DNA of 64,000 nucleotides from Lytechinus pictus. Lineage: Eukaryota. The translations under genes and the position numbers were made by a program. The stretch is taken from contig NC_087251.1 of assembly GCF_037042905.1 (NCBI RefSeq), positions 49,353,358 to 49,417,357 of the forward strand. The letters run 5' to 3'. Shown here piece by piece: positions 1 through 12,631 of the stretch (position 1 is its first letter; the number at the start of each line of letters is the position of its first letter). Below the pieces are notes generated by a model, which was not told the origin of the DNA, did no database searches, and was given only the letters and a program-made list of their open reading frames with translations.

Positions 1-2796
1 CCGTCCCTCCCCTTCCCATCGATGAGTCGTGAATAAAGCATCTTGGAAAGCATCCCACCGTGACTTTGCGCGCCGAGCGGCTTCCCAGATCCACGGCGTC
101 GTCCCCCCGTGCGAATGCATCCCTGATCGAAATTAATGCGCATACGATTTCGTCCTGTCGTGGGCTTGCCCGTGAGTCTATTAACAGGCAGACAGAGCAT
201 ATTGTACAGTATGATTGTTTTTTAGCTGGAAGGTGTAGAATTTTGACATATCCATGACAAGGTCCTGACAAGGGGATTTTTTTTTAGATGATCCAGGGGT
301 TGGTCGGTCAAAAAGAAGTTACCATGTTTTCAAATAATCATAACTCTGACCAAAACAAGTCTGCATTCTCTAAGATATTCATGAATTTTGTTAGAATAGA
401 ATGGTTATATTAAATCTTTTTTTCTTTTTTTGAGTGTATCAATAATCAAATGCAGATGATCGCATTATAGGGTATCTCCAATTTATCTCTTCTTGTCCCT
501 TTCTATATGCATTTCTCACCACATTCTTACCCATTCTAAGAACATTTCAAGTGAGTAACACACGAGAAAAGCCTAAATGATTCTCTTTTCTTTGTCAAAT
601 AGTAAGAAATCACTCTTAACTCTTCTCTTAATTTGAAGAAATATTATTAACAATTCATATTAAACAAAGGTACAAAATTGAAAAATATGCTTGCGATTTT
701 CCAAGGGACGTTCAATTCGTAACGCCTAAAAAATGTTCTAATATGAAGGAAATGCCCAGAAGATATCTTAATTCCCATGCATCCAGAGGTCACTCACATT
801 TATTTTTGTTGGATTGTAACCAAAAAATACTTTCCCTTTCTGATCATTTTGCTGTAAAGTTTTGTGTATATGCTTTCTCTTCCCTGCTCTTTCTTCATCT
901 TTGTCTAGCTTTCACTCTGTCTTTCCTCTTTACTAATTGAAAATTTCTTTCAATGACAATAGAATATTGCTCAATTCATTAATTTTAGTTGAAAATATGT
1001 TGATTTTATTCCTATTTTCTTTGTATTCTTTATTTGTATCGTTTCATGTACATGACCCTTTTCCCTCTGTTTCAAGGCTCTTTTTCTTGTTGTGTCTTCA
1101 TGCTGTCTTTCAGTGCATTTTTCACCCGTCTCCTTGCCCCCCCTCTCTCTCTCTCACTTTATTGCTTCCTTCAATTCCCTCTCTCTTCTTACTCCATGTC
1201 CCCTCTCCCCTATCTCTTTCTCTCACCCCCAGCTCTCTCTTCCTCCCTAACTCTGTTTTATTTATTTTTCTTCCTATCATATATTTGATATCAGGGCATG
1301 TATGTCTGATAGCACACCTCATTTCATGTTTGACCTTCTTTTTTTACTCCTCTAATTCTTCTGTTTCCTGTCGTCCTCCTATCATGCCTCTCTAGGAAAC
1401 CTCTTTTTACGTAGTCCTCTGTAAATTTCTGCTTAAGAAACGGAGTGCGACCACCGCAAGACCTCCGCAAAACTATCAAAAGTTGAAATATAGTTCATCT
1501 ACTAATAAAAAATGTGGTTATTATTTTTATCACATCATATCTGAAATTATTTTCATATTTTAATTCAAACCCCCCCCCCCTTTTGATAATCTTATACAGG
1601 TACTTTCCTTTTGAAAGGTTTGAAGAAAAAAATAACCTGTAATTGCTCCAAATCTATTTCCTTTGTCACTTGCGTCAAGATGATAATCATTGGTGCTTTA
1701 TGTTTCCAGCCTAATTGTGCTGTATTTTTATGGAGTCCCCGTAGAGAATGAATATTCTAAAAACAAATGGAGAAATAGCCCTATGTAAATATCCTCAGGC
1801 GAATGGCTTCGAGATGGTTATCCTAACTTATTTCATTTCCTGTTCCATTTTACGTTACTCTGTGGGTTCCACACAGAGGATGCTTGCTACTGTAAATGTC
1901 GTAGCTGGATATTTATTCATATTTATGATTTTTTCTTCATTGTTACTTTGAGTTCATACACACACCTTTTGAAAATTACATTTCTTATGACGTTTCTTTG
2001 TGTTAAACTTCAAGTAAAGATGTACATTTGAAACAAGTGTACTGAGTATTTTTTAATTAAGTAATTTTCATGTAAAGTTATCTCTGAATTATCAGTATTT
2101 CTAATTTGCAATAAGATATTCTTACTAAGGGTGCTTTTTATGAAACTTAATACATGTATTTTTCATCTATCTTGCTGCGAGTAATAGATTAAAGGGACTT
2201 GTAAAGTTTTAAAGAAAATCTCTAAGTCAGAAAGTTTGCTTGATTGTGATTAATATTTCTTTGGTGTAAGATATAATATTCAGTTTTTATACAGCGCTTA
2301 ATACATTAAAGCAAAGTCTCTAAGCTCTATTAACCCATATTCAAAATGTTATTTTGAACATTTATACCAATAATTGAATAATATTTAACTTCGTTTCTCA
2401 TTCACGAAAACCCCTTAAAAGATTATTGTACAGCTATGAGCTTAATTTCTTCACAGAATATAAAACATCTCTTAATGAATTATCTTAAATATGTGTAATA
2501 ATGATTATTTTTTTCTCTCTGAAAAATGAAGGTTTAGATGATCATTATTTTATGCCCCCTTTCATTTCACTTTTTTTTTGACTGACATACAGACAGATGC
2601 ATTAACAAAGATACATGTAGAATTAAAGGAGGGATGATTATCTGGTTTGTTTCTTGTTTTCTTGCAGCATTTAAAATGTAATTTGATATATTTTATTGAT
2701 TCATTTTTTTGGGGGGGCGGGGTAGGTCTTCTTGCAAGATTTTAGATGGAATGAGATAGATTTTACTGATTCAATTTTTGTTTTGTCATTTTGCAG

Positions 2797-2873
2797 CATC
2801 CGTACCCTTCAGAAGAACAGAAGAAACAGCTTGCACAAGATACAGGTCTTACGATCCTCCAAGTTAATAACTG
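2797..2873 (+). CDS. MEIS: Meis/homothorax TALE homeobox gene, internal coding exon (homeodomain, PYP loop to start of helix 3)
   Basis: Follows a T-rich tract ending ttgcag (2796) and ends at tg|gtatgt. Translates as [25 protein letters not shown](W), the Meis/Hth homeodomain sequence with the TALE PYP motif. 77 bp, phase 0 to 2. Upstream exons lie before the window. Confidence 0.97.
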
Positions 2874-4224
2874 GTATGTCTTTCAAATTATTATTTCTTG
2901 CCTAACGTAGCAATAACCAGTGTTGCAGCATCAAGAATCGAATCTCTCTCTGTTGTTTCCTAATTACGTGAAGGTCAGAGATCGCTGATAACAGTAAAAA
3001 TGACTGAAGATGCTTCCTATGGGTTGCTAGAATTATAGACAGGTTGCTGAGAAGATTTTGGTGGGTTGTGTGAAGATGGCGAATGAAGTATAAAATAAGA
3101 GTGTGGAGCTGAGTTTTACTCGTACTGCTGATGCGTACATGGGGAAGAAAGAAGATACATTCTAGAAATGACTGCCTCAAAGAAACCTGCGAATTGTCTG
3201 GTATATTGTCGTTAAATTCCTTTATGCGATTGATGAGGTCACGGTGCACAGGTGCAGTTGCAGGACAGGATGAGACAAAGTGTTTAACATCTTGAAACTG
3301 AATAGCTTTCTTTAAAAAAAAAAATGTACTGATTTGAAAACAATATAGGCCTAACTATTTCATTTGCATACATTTGCATGCATGTATGTCTTTAGATATG
3401 CACCATGCTAAATGCAATTTGAAAAAAAAAATTATTATGTTTTTATTCTCAAAGAATGGTTTTACATGTATTTATGGAATTAAATTTACATCTCTGTTTC
3501 AAGCCTTTAGACATTGTATTGCAGCAATGAAAGGAATGTTGTAGACAACAGAAATCTAGTAATATATTTTATTTTAAAAGACACTGAAATTGATCATAAC
3601 GGGCCACCAATTCATTGACAGATTTGCTGTGTCTGCAGTGTCGTCCCCCATCCATTGCCGCTGATCTAAGAATAGAAAATTTGCCTCCTGGCAAATGTTT
3701 TATATTTCTCAGAACCATTTTTGAGGTTTTTTATTTCCCCTGGTGAGGAGGCACCGCAAATATGCCTAGGGGGTGAAAGCCAACCCATCCTCTATTATCC
3801 TCCTCCCCCTTCCTTTTCACCAACAGTCAGACCGCAGGTCCCTATGCTAATGAGCAAAAAGGCCAGATTCATCCAAATCATCTCGTGGCTGAATCCTCCT
3901 CCTTGCAAAATCTCGTGATTCGTGAGATTTTCTTTCTCTAAGAATTTACCTGTTTTAATCTCAAGTTAAATGAAATATTATTACACGATCAGATAGAGTA
4001 AAAGTTACTCTTTCATATTGGTCATTTACTTTGTATACAATATTTTGTTAAATAAGTAAATTTCTGGCCTGAAAATGTGCCTAAAAACTGAATTGTCTTC
4101 CTCTGTTTTCTTTTGCAAATTGTGCAAAACTTTTTATTTTGAGCCTCAATGATATCTATATCACCATAAAGCTGAACATCTGTACTTTCTCACAATGCCA
4201 CTCTTGATATGCGGCACCTTTTAA

Positions 4225-4510
4225 TCGGGTCAAGATCACACTTTTCCCACCAAGGTACAAGACGAGATTTCTGAAATGTTGTACTTGCATGAAATCCAGA
4301 GTTCTGATTGGCTGGATAAGGTTCACAGAACAACAGGCGCGGGGTATTTGAGGAGATTACCACATGGGAAGTGTGACCTTCCCACAAACCCAGGCACTGG
4401 AACCGTTGGAATTTGCCATTGTGTGGTCTCTTTGACCAATCAGAGTGCAGTATTCTTTTTTTCAAGCTGCTTTATGTACTTGGCAAATGAAAAGTGTGAT
4501 CTTGACCCGA
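4225..4510. mobile_element. TTAA-flanked MITE, apparently inside an older fold-back element (about 3985-4740)
   Basis: Perfect inverted repeat tcgggtcaagatcacacttttc / gaaaagtgtgatcttgacccga with TTAA on both sides. A separate degenerate inverted repeat (about 4132-4188 vs 4547-4603) lies outside it. Confidence 0.65.
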
Positions 4511-6340
4511 TTAAACCAATTCTTATTTTGAAACCTATATCATTTTAAAGCATACATATTCAGATTTATCATGATATAAAAATCATTTGGGCTCAAACAA
4601 AAATAAAGTGTGAAAATAGCAGCTTTTGTCAGGTGAAAATATTTATTTTGTAGCATATTTTAGATCAAAATTTTAACCTATATTACAAAATCTTTGAATA
4701 AATCCAAATACATGACCTGAAAGAATGATTCTTTTTCTTTACAATGGTACCAAATTCATGAAATTCGATGCACAATTAGAGCAGCAATGACCGAATGAAA
4801 AGAGGTGTTTTGGTCCGCATCAAGCTCATTAAATATGCAAAACATCTCAAGTCATGAATATCACTTGGATGAAAGAAGCCACTTTCTTGGGACCTGCAGT
4901 CTGACTACCAACATTCCTCTTTTTACTCTAGGCGCAAGACCGTCTCATTTTAGTTCATTTGAACAATCCTTGCGATAGGAATTGATAAAGAAACATTAGA
5001 GTTACAATACAAAGAATTAGCCCAATTTCGAACAATTCTTGTGACACAAAACATATGGGATCGGGAGGCCGAACATTGGATGCATTGCCATGGCAACACA
5101 TGCAAAAGGATACTCTGAAGAAGTAGTAGGGGGTTAATAGGATACCCCTACTTAATTAAACTCTTTCTTCTGGTACTTGATGCATACCGCTGCAGCCATC
5201 CGCTTTCCCTATAATACAGTTTCCCGTCGTTGAATATATATTCTTCGTTTCCTCCTCTTCATTCTCATCTGATTTCATCGTGAATTTATGTTACTGAGTC
5301 AGCTAGGAAATCAGCCAGCTCCAGCAGAATCACCAAGCCAGGCCTGCCAGCCAGCCAGGCAGGCAGGCAGGCAGCTGGGAACCAGAGTCAGCCAGTTGAG
5401 CCACAATACCGCCTCAATATTGGCTGACTTGATTCATAAGAAGATGTGGCGCTGGTAGGGGTTAGGAGGAGGAGGAGGATTGGGATGTTGGTTGAGATGA
5501 ATTGCCGTGGGTAACAAGCTGCTAGTAATGTGACACAGACCAGGGCAGGGTTGGCCTTTATGTCAGGGGAGAGAGGTTCAGTGGGATTGGGTATCATACA
5601 GGCTCTGGGGCTTAAATGATTCTTTCTATCATTCAAACTTTTCTATCAATATTTCTACCGCTGTCATCTTTCTGCCAAATCCCCGTCCTCTTTCGATTTC
5701 TCTCTTCTGAGATGCATCCACCATTCCACTGTGTAACCAGAGCAAATTGAGTGACACTGTCTTAAGAAATAGGTCTTTGGGTTTGTTTTCTAAAACACGT
5801 TTCACTGGTTCCAATTATGTCATTCAAGTTCAAAATTAATCAATTTCTTATTTTTGTTTGAATATCATATTTCTAGTGATCAAGAAAAATATAATTTGTC
5901 TCCTTGTTGTATAGTTGGGGCATAAAATCAATGTCTCTTGAGGAACCTGCTTTTCTGAAATATACGTAGATTTTTTTCTTTCAATTTAAACAATTAAAAG
6001 AATTCTACGTATAAGAAAATTTTGCATCTGAAAAATGGATATTGCAAGAGATGAAATTAAAAGTTCAACTTATGAATATGTAGGCTTATTGTTTTTATGA
6101 GCTATGCAGTTATGCAAATACATTCTGCTAAACAACCATATTATGTTCTTAAAGTTAGTCCAAGCAAGGAGATGATATCTCCTCGGTCCAAGTTAAACTT
6201 GTATTTTGTAATTTATTGTTAGTAATCTTTCACTAAATCTCAAGCACAAGGTACAATATGAAAAAGGTTAATCCGGTATTGGGTAAAAACAGAAGTTAGG
6301 AAATCAATTAAGTTTTAATGATATGTACATTTTATGCAAT

Positions 6341-6502
6341 GTTGTGTAAAACTAACCCATGAAACATGCTGTTTTGTTATCTTACAAACATTTATGTTCC
6401 CTTTTAACCCAACATGTTTATCAGGTAACAAAAAATGTTTTTACAGGTTTGAAGTTTTTTAGATAACAAAATAGTATGTTTCATTGGTTATTTTTACACA
6501 AC
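6341..6502. repeat. Imperfect inverted repeat (MITE remnant)
   Basis: gttgtgtaaaactaacccatgaaacatgctgttttgttatct pairs with agataacaaaatagtatgtttcattggttatttttacacaac. Confidence 0.55.
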
Positions 6503-7562
6503 CATTCATGCGTTATTACACAACGTTTTACTTGGCCTTTTAGAGTGTGTCCAGTTTATGCCCTCAGTTTTCTTTTTTATTTTCATGGAGGAAGTTTCAT
6601 TGATTTTGTGAAAGAAATGTGAGACTATTCATGTAAGAAGGTCAATTCACTGTCTGTTCTACTATAGAAAGAAAATAAAATGGAACAAAAAGAAAGCTGG
6701 ATTTCTGTCGGTTTTTCTTCTCCATCTTCTTCACATGTAGCAAGCCTCGCCTGAGAGAGTGCCCCTGGGGGCGGGGTGCTATTCGATTCTTTCACATGCA
6801 ATTCAATATCCGACACTTGAGAATGGGTTGCTCATAGTGGTATCTAGCGTGTTAGGGAGATGAGATATTGGAATACAACAACTTTGATTGAAGAACATTG
6901 TACCTCACTCCCCCCTCCCTTCCCACCCCATTAAGCCATTCTTACTTCTAGTTGTGTGAACATACTGAAAGATATTGATTCAATAAACGCTCAGATACAT
7001 TAAACAAAAGGGTTTGTGAACAAAGTATGTGTTATTGATCAGAGTTGAATATTAACCAAATAATGATTTACATACTATAGCTTTTTCATATGTACATTAA
7101 AAAAATAAAATAAAGAAGAGATGTGTCCTGTATTTTTATTCTTTCCTTTTCTTTATTTTCTTAATGGAAAGCTCACTAGATTTTATTTTGTTTGTTTACA
7201 ACTTTTCTCTCCTATCTGGTCCAATCAAGGAGCACTTAATGCAATATCTATTTGTAAGCATTTTTTGTGTGTGAGCAGTATAGGACAACACTATGAAGCT
7301 ATGGGTGAATATTAGATTAGATAATTGTGTTGTATGGAAACTGTACATTAGTCTTCTTGAAAGATATTCCTATTTTCCTGATTCATAATGTCATGCCATC
7401 TGCCCCTGTAAATATTTTAGAGTGAGGAGGAGGGTGGTGGCTGGATGGTGGATAGTAATATTTAGCTTCTATTCATATCTGTATTAAAACTGGAGGAAGA
7501 GCCCTAAACCGTAGACAGGAATAAAACCTGTGATACCTTTACTTGACATGGTGGTATAACCA

Positions 7563-7787
7563 GACATGGTAGCTCAGTGGTAGGGTACCTAGTTCATGAA
7601 TACGAGGTTGTGGGTTCAATTTCCGGCCTAACCATACTAAAGACTTAAAAATGGGACCTTCCGCAGTCTTGTTACATGCTCGACGTTTGAGAATGGAAAA
7701 GGATAATAATAGCATTACGTTATGCAGGGCTCAGTTGGTTAACAATTCACAAGAGCTGAGTGGCTACCCTGGATAATAATAATTATT
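7563..7787 (+). mobile_element. Degenerate tRNA-derived SINE
   Basis: A-box-like tagctcagtgg, B-box-like ggttcaat at tRNA spacing, non-tRNA body and (TAA)n tail. Confidence 0.6.
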
Positions 7788-10088
7788 GATCTTATTTGGA
7801 CACTCCCATTGTCAAATAAGTAGGCCCTATTAATGGTGCCATCTGACAATTATATTCTCATATTTCATTTAATTTGATTTGAGATGAAATTATTTTTTGC
7901 TTTGACTTGAAAGAGAAGTAGAATAATAGAAGCAATAGAGACTAAAAGAGCCTTGCAAGTATGATCTATTTGGCTACATCCATGTATATATTTCTGTTCA
8001 CACCTATCAGATTTGACTCTTAACTGGCTCGGTGAGTAAGAGCACATGATCTGTGACTTAAGACATGCTGTACTTTATGATTAATCTGAATTAGTGGGAT
8101 CAAGCTATTTTGGTATCTAATGTTCCTAAAAGTCTTTAGGAAGTGAGGAATTATAACCTCGGAAATCTCTCATAATCAAGAAGATTTGGGTCGTAAACCG
8201 TTCCCATCTCTCCCCCAAACTACTTCTCGAAGACAACGGCTGTTGATTCGAGAAGGTATTACCATTTTTCATTTACGAATATTTTGAAATCGGAAACAAA
8301 TCATTTTCACTGTGTGAGCCAATTGATTTTCTAGTTCATTGAACCTGTATATCTATGTGATAGGGGATTTGGAGGGATTAGTTTATCCACTCTTTGACGC
8401 ATCAGTATTTATTTAAGTTTACCTTAAGATTTGTTTTCATGTGCGGATGATGATAATAACACTTTAATGGGAAGATTAGAGAAGCCTGATCGTGTTCTTG
8501 TCTTGAAGGCTTAAAATTGAAAATATTGAATTATTTCAAGAGAGCAAGAAATGGTAAAAGACTAATCAAGAGGTGATGATCGTAAGTTTTGGAGGATATT
8601 TCTTCTCAAGAATTCTGTGGATATTTCAGGTTTATTTAGAAATTCTGAATTAATGGTTTTCCATGTAATATTCAATTCCAGACTGTAGGCTTATATTTAT
8701 TTCTTCAGAGTATATATTTCTTATAATTTGTTATTTTATTCGTCTTTTTTTCGGGAGGGGGGGGGGGTTATCCTCAGTTAAGTATCTGTCCCCTTTTCAC
8801 CCCTATACTCTCTTTCCCTCTTTTCTTTATTTTATTTTCATCATTTTCTTTTGATCATTATGATAATATTGATGATGATGCTGATGATGATGATGATGGT
8901 GGTGGTGATGGTGAAGAAAGTTGAATAATTTCAGACAATAATTAAGAAAATACAGATGATGATCTTCTTGGAACGATGATATCACTGATACATTCGTGAT
9001 AAGAAATGAAGAGGTGGAAAGTTAATAAATTTAAGTCCAATTGTGGATGAATCATCAACTGCCAATATGCTGGGCATAGTTATGGTAATGATGATTATAA
9101 TACCCCCGATGCTGATCCTATCTGTCTGATTGCAGCAAAAGAAAAAGCGAAGAATGTTGAAGGAGACATTGGGAGGAGGATGGCAGACGAAGATAACAAA
9201 TGTGATATTCATGATGAAAACAGGAGATGAAGATAACAAAGTCTAAATCAATGATGTGCCAAGAGATGGGATGTTGATGATGGGACGTCAGCGAGGGTAT
9301 CCATGTCGGATAATCATCTCTCCTGCTTGAATGAGTTCCCTGATCTGCTGGTATCCCAAAGACTAGAACCTGATTCTTGGTCCGCCGCCCGGTCGGTTAC
9401 AACAACAGGCCCCGCTTCATGCTCGTAACAGGGCGTTAGAATGAAATGTGTTCACACTTTGGATGAATGACAGAATTTATCATCATTTATTACTAATACA
9501 TTTTTAGATAAAGTGAAAAATTGACACGACTCTAAAATTCATGGTGAGATGATATGTTCCTCCCTTATTCTGTTTGTATAATTTTTAAAACATCTCCCAA
9601 ATATTGATTTGATTTTTAATTAACAGATGGAAAGTGTTTAAAGGAGGAAATGCATTTGAAGAGAACATTAGCAATTGGCTCAATCAATCCATCATCCATA
9701 ACTCTAAGACCTATACATTCAAAGGTACATTACTCTCCATGTTATAAGCAATTGATCCGAAACATAACTTAAGTTGAATCAAGCGAGAACTCAAAACGAC
9801 ATAACATCAGCGTGTGAACGCAGCACGACTGCTGCCAGCCATATGCCAGCTCTACTCTGTGAGGGGCATAACAATCATTAGCATAGTTTGGGATGAGTGG
9901 CGCCTACCAAGCATTTTACCCCATTAATCATCTCTCTGATCTTTCAGCAGACTCTTCTAACCCCATCATGCACCCCTTGCTCCCCTCTTTACCCCTCCAA
10001 CACCCCTCCCCACATATACCACCACCACCAATGAGGAGAAATAGAAGGAATGTGGGGAATATTATGATGGGTGTACACTCTTGATTCT

Positions 10089-10300
10089 AAATTTCAAGGA
10101 TTGAAAATATATCCAGATCGGCTGTGAATAGTGAATGTTCAATTTAGATTTTAACCTTGTGGATTTAAATATAAACGAATAATATCTAAATTCAAATTTT
10201 TTCAGATTTAGAAGTTTGACCTTAAGATTAAAAAGTAATTAAAGTTTTGTTTGGTCACCATTCACAGCCGATCTGGATTTATTTTCAATCCTTAAAATTT
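10089..10300. mobile_element. Hairpin-type MITE remnant
   Basis: Arms of about 45 bp: aatttcaaggattgaaaatatatccagatcggctgtgaatagtga / tcaccattcacagccgatctggatttattttcaatccttaaaatt. A related sequence lies at about 39595-39813. Confidence 0.6.
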
Positions 10301-10832
10301 GTTGTTATAATTGTGACAACACTGGACCTACTATACAATGTATTAATCTAAAGATGACTGAATTATGTCCCTTTTTTAGGATTGTTAAAAAACAAGTTGC
10401 AAAGCTAGAATTGAAAAAATATTGTTTGATTTGTCAGTATCATATGTGGGCTCATTACATAGGCCTACATGTAGTTTGTATGATATCAATAACTGAAAGA
10501 AATCACCTTTTTTTATATAGGCCCTACCAACTAGAGTTTAGAAAATATTTAGGAGTTATACCATTGGTGCTCATTCCCCGAGTGAAATAAAATTCCTCTA
10601 TAAATGTGGAGTATAAGGTCAAAGGTTGCTTCCTTTTGACCTCTCCTCAGCCTTGGCCTCATAAACGTGACCTTTTTGACATCTTTAGATCATACCATTA
10701 TCAAGAGCATTGCAGCGGCATATTTCATTCACTTGGAACTTGCTTCATGAACTCTTGGTGCATATCACAGCAGGACAAGGTTTACAGGTTGCTTTTATTG
10801 TTATGGCCAAGAGGCTCTCACATTGTGTCTTA

Positions 10833-11369
10833 GAGCCTGTTCAGACCGGCAGAGATAGCGCGATCTAGCGCGCGCTAGATCGCGCTATCTCTGCGGTGTG
10901 GAAGGTACAACGTCGTTTCGGTCCGCCCAACAGCGAGCCACGGCGAGCCAAAACGGCGTGCCACTGGAGCACCTCTTGGGGGTGGTCCACGAGAGATAGC
11001 GCGGTCTAGCGCGCGCTAGATCGCGCTATCTCTGCCGGTGTGAACCCGAGCTACGATAGCACGCCGGAAGTCATCTACACGCGGGGAATTTTATACTCAT
11101 TCTATTTTGGTGCGATCTGAATCTGAATCGGTACAACTCAACACTCCTAATTTTATGGAGTAAAACGCGTCGGAACATCGTGAAAATAGAAATATAGTAA
11201 GTAATGCGTCATGGCAACAGGACCTCTCAAAAAAGGGGGTGCTACGATAGACCGCGCTATCTCACTGCGGTGTGAATCCGGCGAATGCCAATGGGCGGAC
11301 CGTGGATCGCGCTACGATAGCGCGATCCACGGTCCGCCCACGGTCCCCCCTTGCGGTGTGAACAGCCTC
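10833..11369. mobile_element. PIF/Harbinger-like MITE, GC-rich, with internal palindromes
   Basis: TTA TSD at 10830-10832 and 11370-11372. TIRs gagcctgttcagaccg / cggtgtgaacagcctc. Confidence 0.85.
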
Positions 11370-11766
11370 TTAGTGTGTTTGTTTTGATTTTCAATATGAA
11401 TTGAATTGAATTTAGTTGATTGATTAAAAACAAAATCAAATAGGCAGTGCACAGGCTGAATATGTTAAATTTACACACAAAAAATAAGAAAACAGTTTTA
11501 TTACACAAAGATATTTGTATAATATTTACAGACAAAAATTAAGATTCTGGAACAATGGTAAAATATAATTGTTACTGTATCCTTTCCAATTTTATTGAAT
11601 GTTCAATCCATTTTGATAAGAAAGAGGGGGAAGAAGGGGGGGACCACAAAAAACCAAGTACATCATGCGCATGCAATAGGCCTACAACAGCTTTGCAGAA
11701 GAATAGCTGGAGAACTCATGTATGATTTCTCATTATAAAAACAAACAAAAGAACATATTACACTAA

Positions 11767-12631
11767 GGCTGCGTTTATGCGACCTTGTGCCAGAATCATG
11801 ATTCAAAACACAAACATGAACCACAATACCGCAGAATCACGACTTTCATTCCAAAGTTGTTTCTCCTCAGATTTGGACCGATCCAGTGCACATCACAGTG
11901 TGCAGTTTGACTCAGGAAGTATAGGTCAACTTTCTCTCGCATGTTCTAACTTTATGTCGGCTGCATAGAGGTATACCTCTATGGCCCGAGCTGCTATCTT
12001 TTGCATGCTATGTACAACGCAGCTCAATCGCATAGTTGTTTGTGCCACATTTGCTCGGCTCTCGAAAAATCAATCTTTTGCTTCCAGAATTTGGTTTATA
12101 ATACCTCATTTTGTTTTTGTATACTTATATTCGATCTTGTTGGTTTATCGAAAATGGTTTTCAGAAATGAATTTCAGCGTACATCCAATTTAATATTGGC
12201 ACTTCTAACTCAATTCAACAACAGCTGAGCTCATTGTCTGTCCGGTTAGTTTCTTTCCTAAACTTGAAGTTGAAGCAATGACCCCAAAAAAAGAGAAAAG
12301 CAGCGGACGATGCGATGATAAACACAAAACTTAAAGTTAAATGCACGTGACAAGAAATGCATGCATAGCATATGCACATACACTGAGCATAGCGCGCCTT
12401 GAGCTTGGCATGGCAAGAGTCAAATCAGAAGTAGCTCGACACAATGACATCCAGAATCATGATTCAAATCACAATTACGTTTATACAACAATTTTCGTTG
12501 GTGATTCCACAGAAACGTCTTTCCAAGCACTCCCTTTTCTGTGTGTCATGTTTGCGATTTGAAAGACGTTTATTTTCACTTTTGATTCAGATCTTGATTC
12601 TAGGGTAAAAAAGTGGCGCATAAACACACCC
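11767..12631. mobile_element. PIF/Harbinger-like non-autonomous DNA transposon
   Basis: TAA TSD on both sides. TIRs ggctgcgtttatgcg / cgcataaacacaccc. Subterminal cagaatcatgattcaaa repeats. Confidence 0.8.

Noticed and set aside
937..1395. 152-aa hydrophobic ORF
   Set aside because: CT-rich low-complexity intronic sequence.
2902..3249. 115-aa antisense ORF next to the Meis exon
   Set aside because: No recognisable domain or splice support; more likely non-coding intronic sequence.
7563..7640. tRNA gene
   Set aside because: A and B boxes are present but there is no good cloverleaf or T-run terminator; it continues into a SINE-like body and tail.
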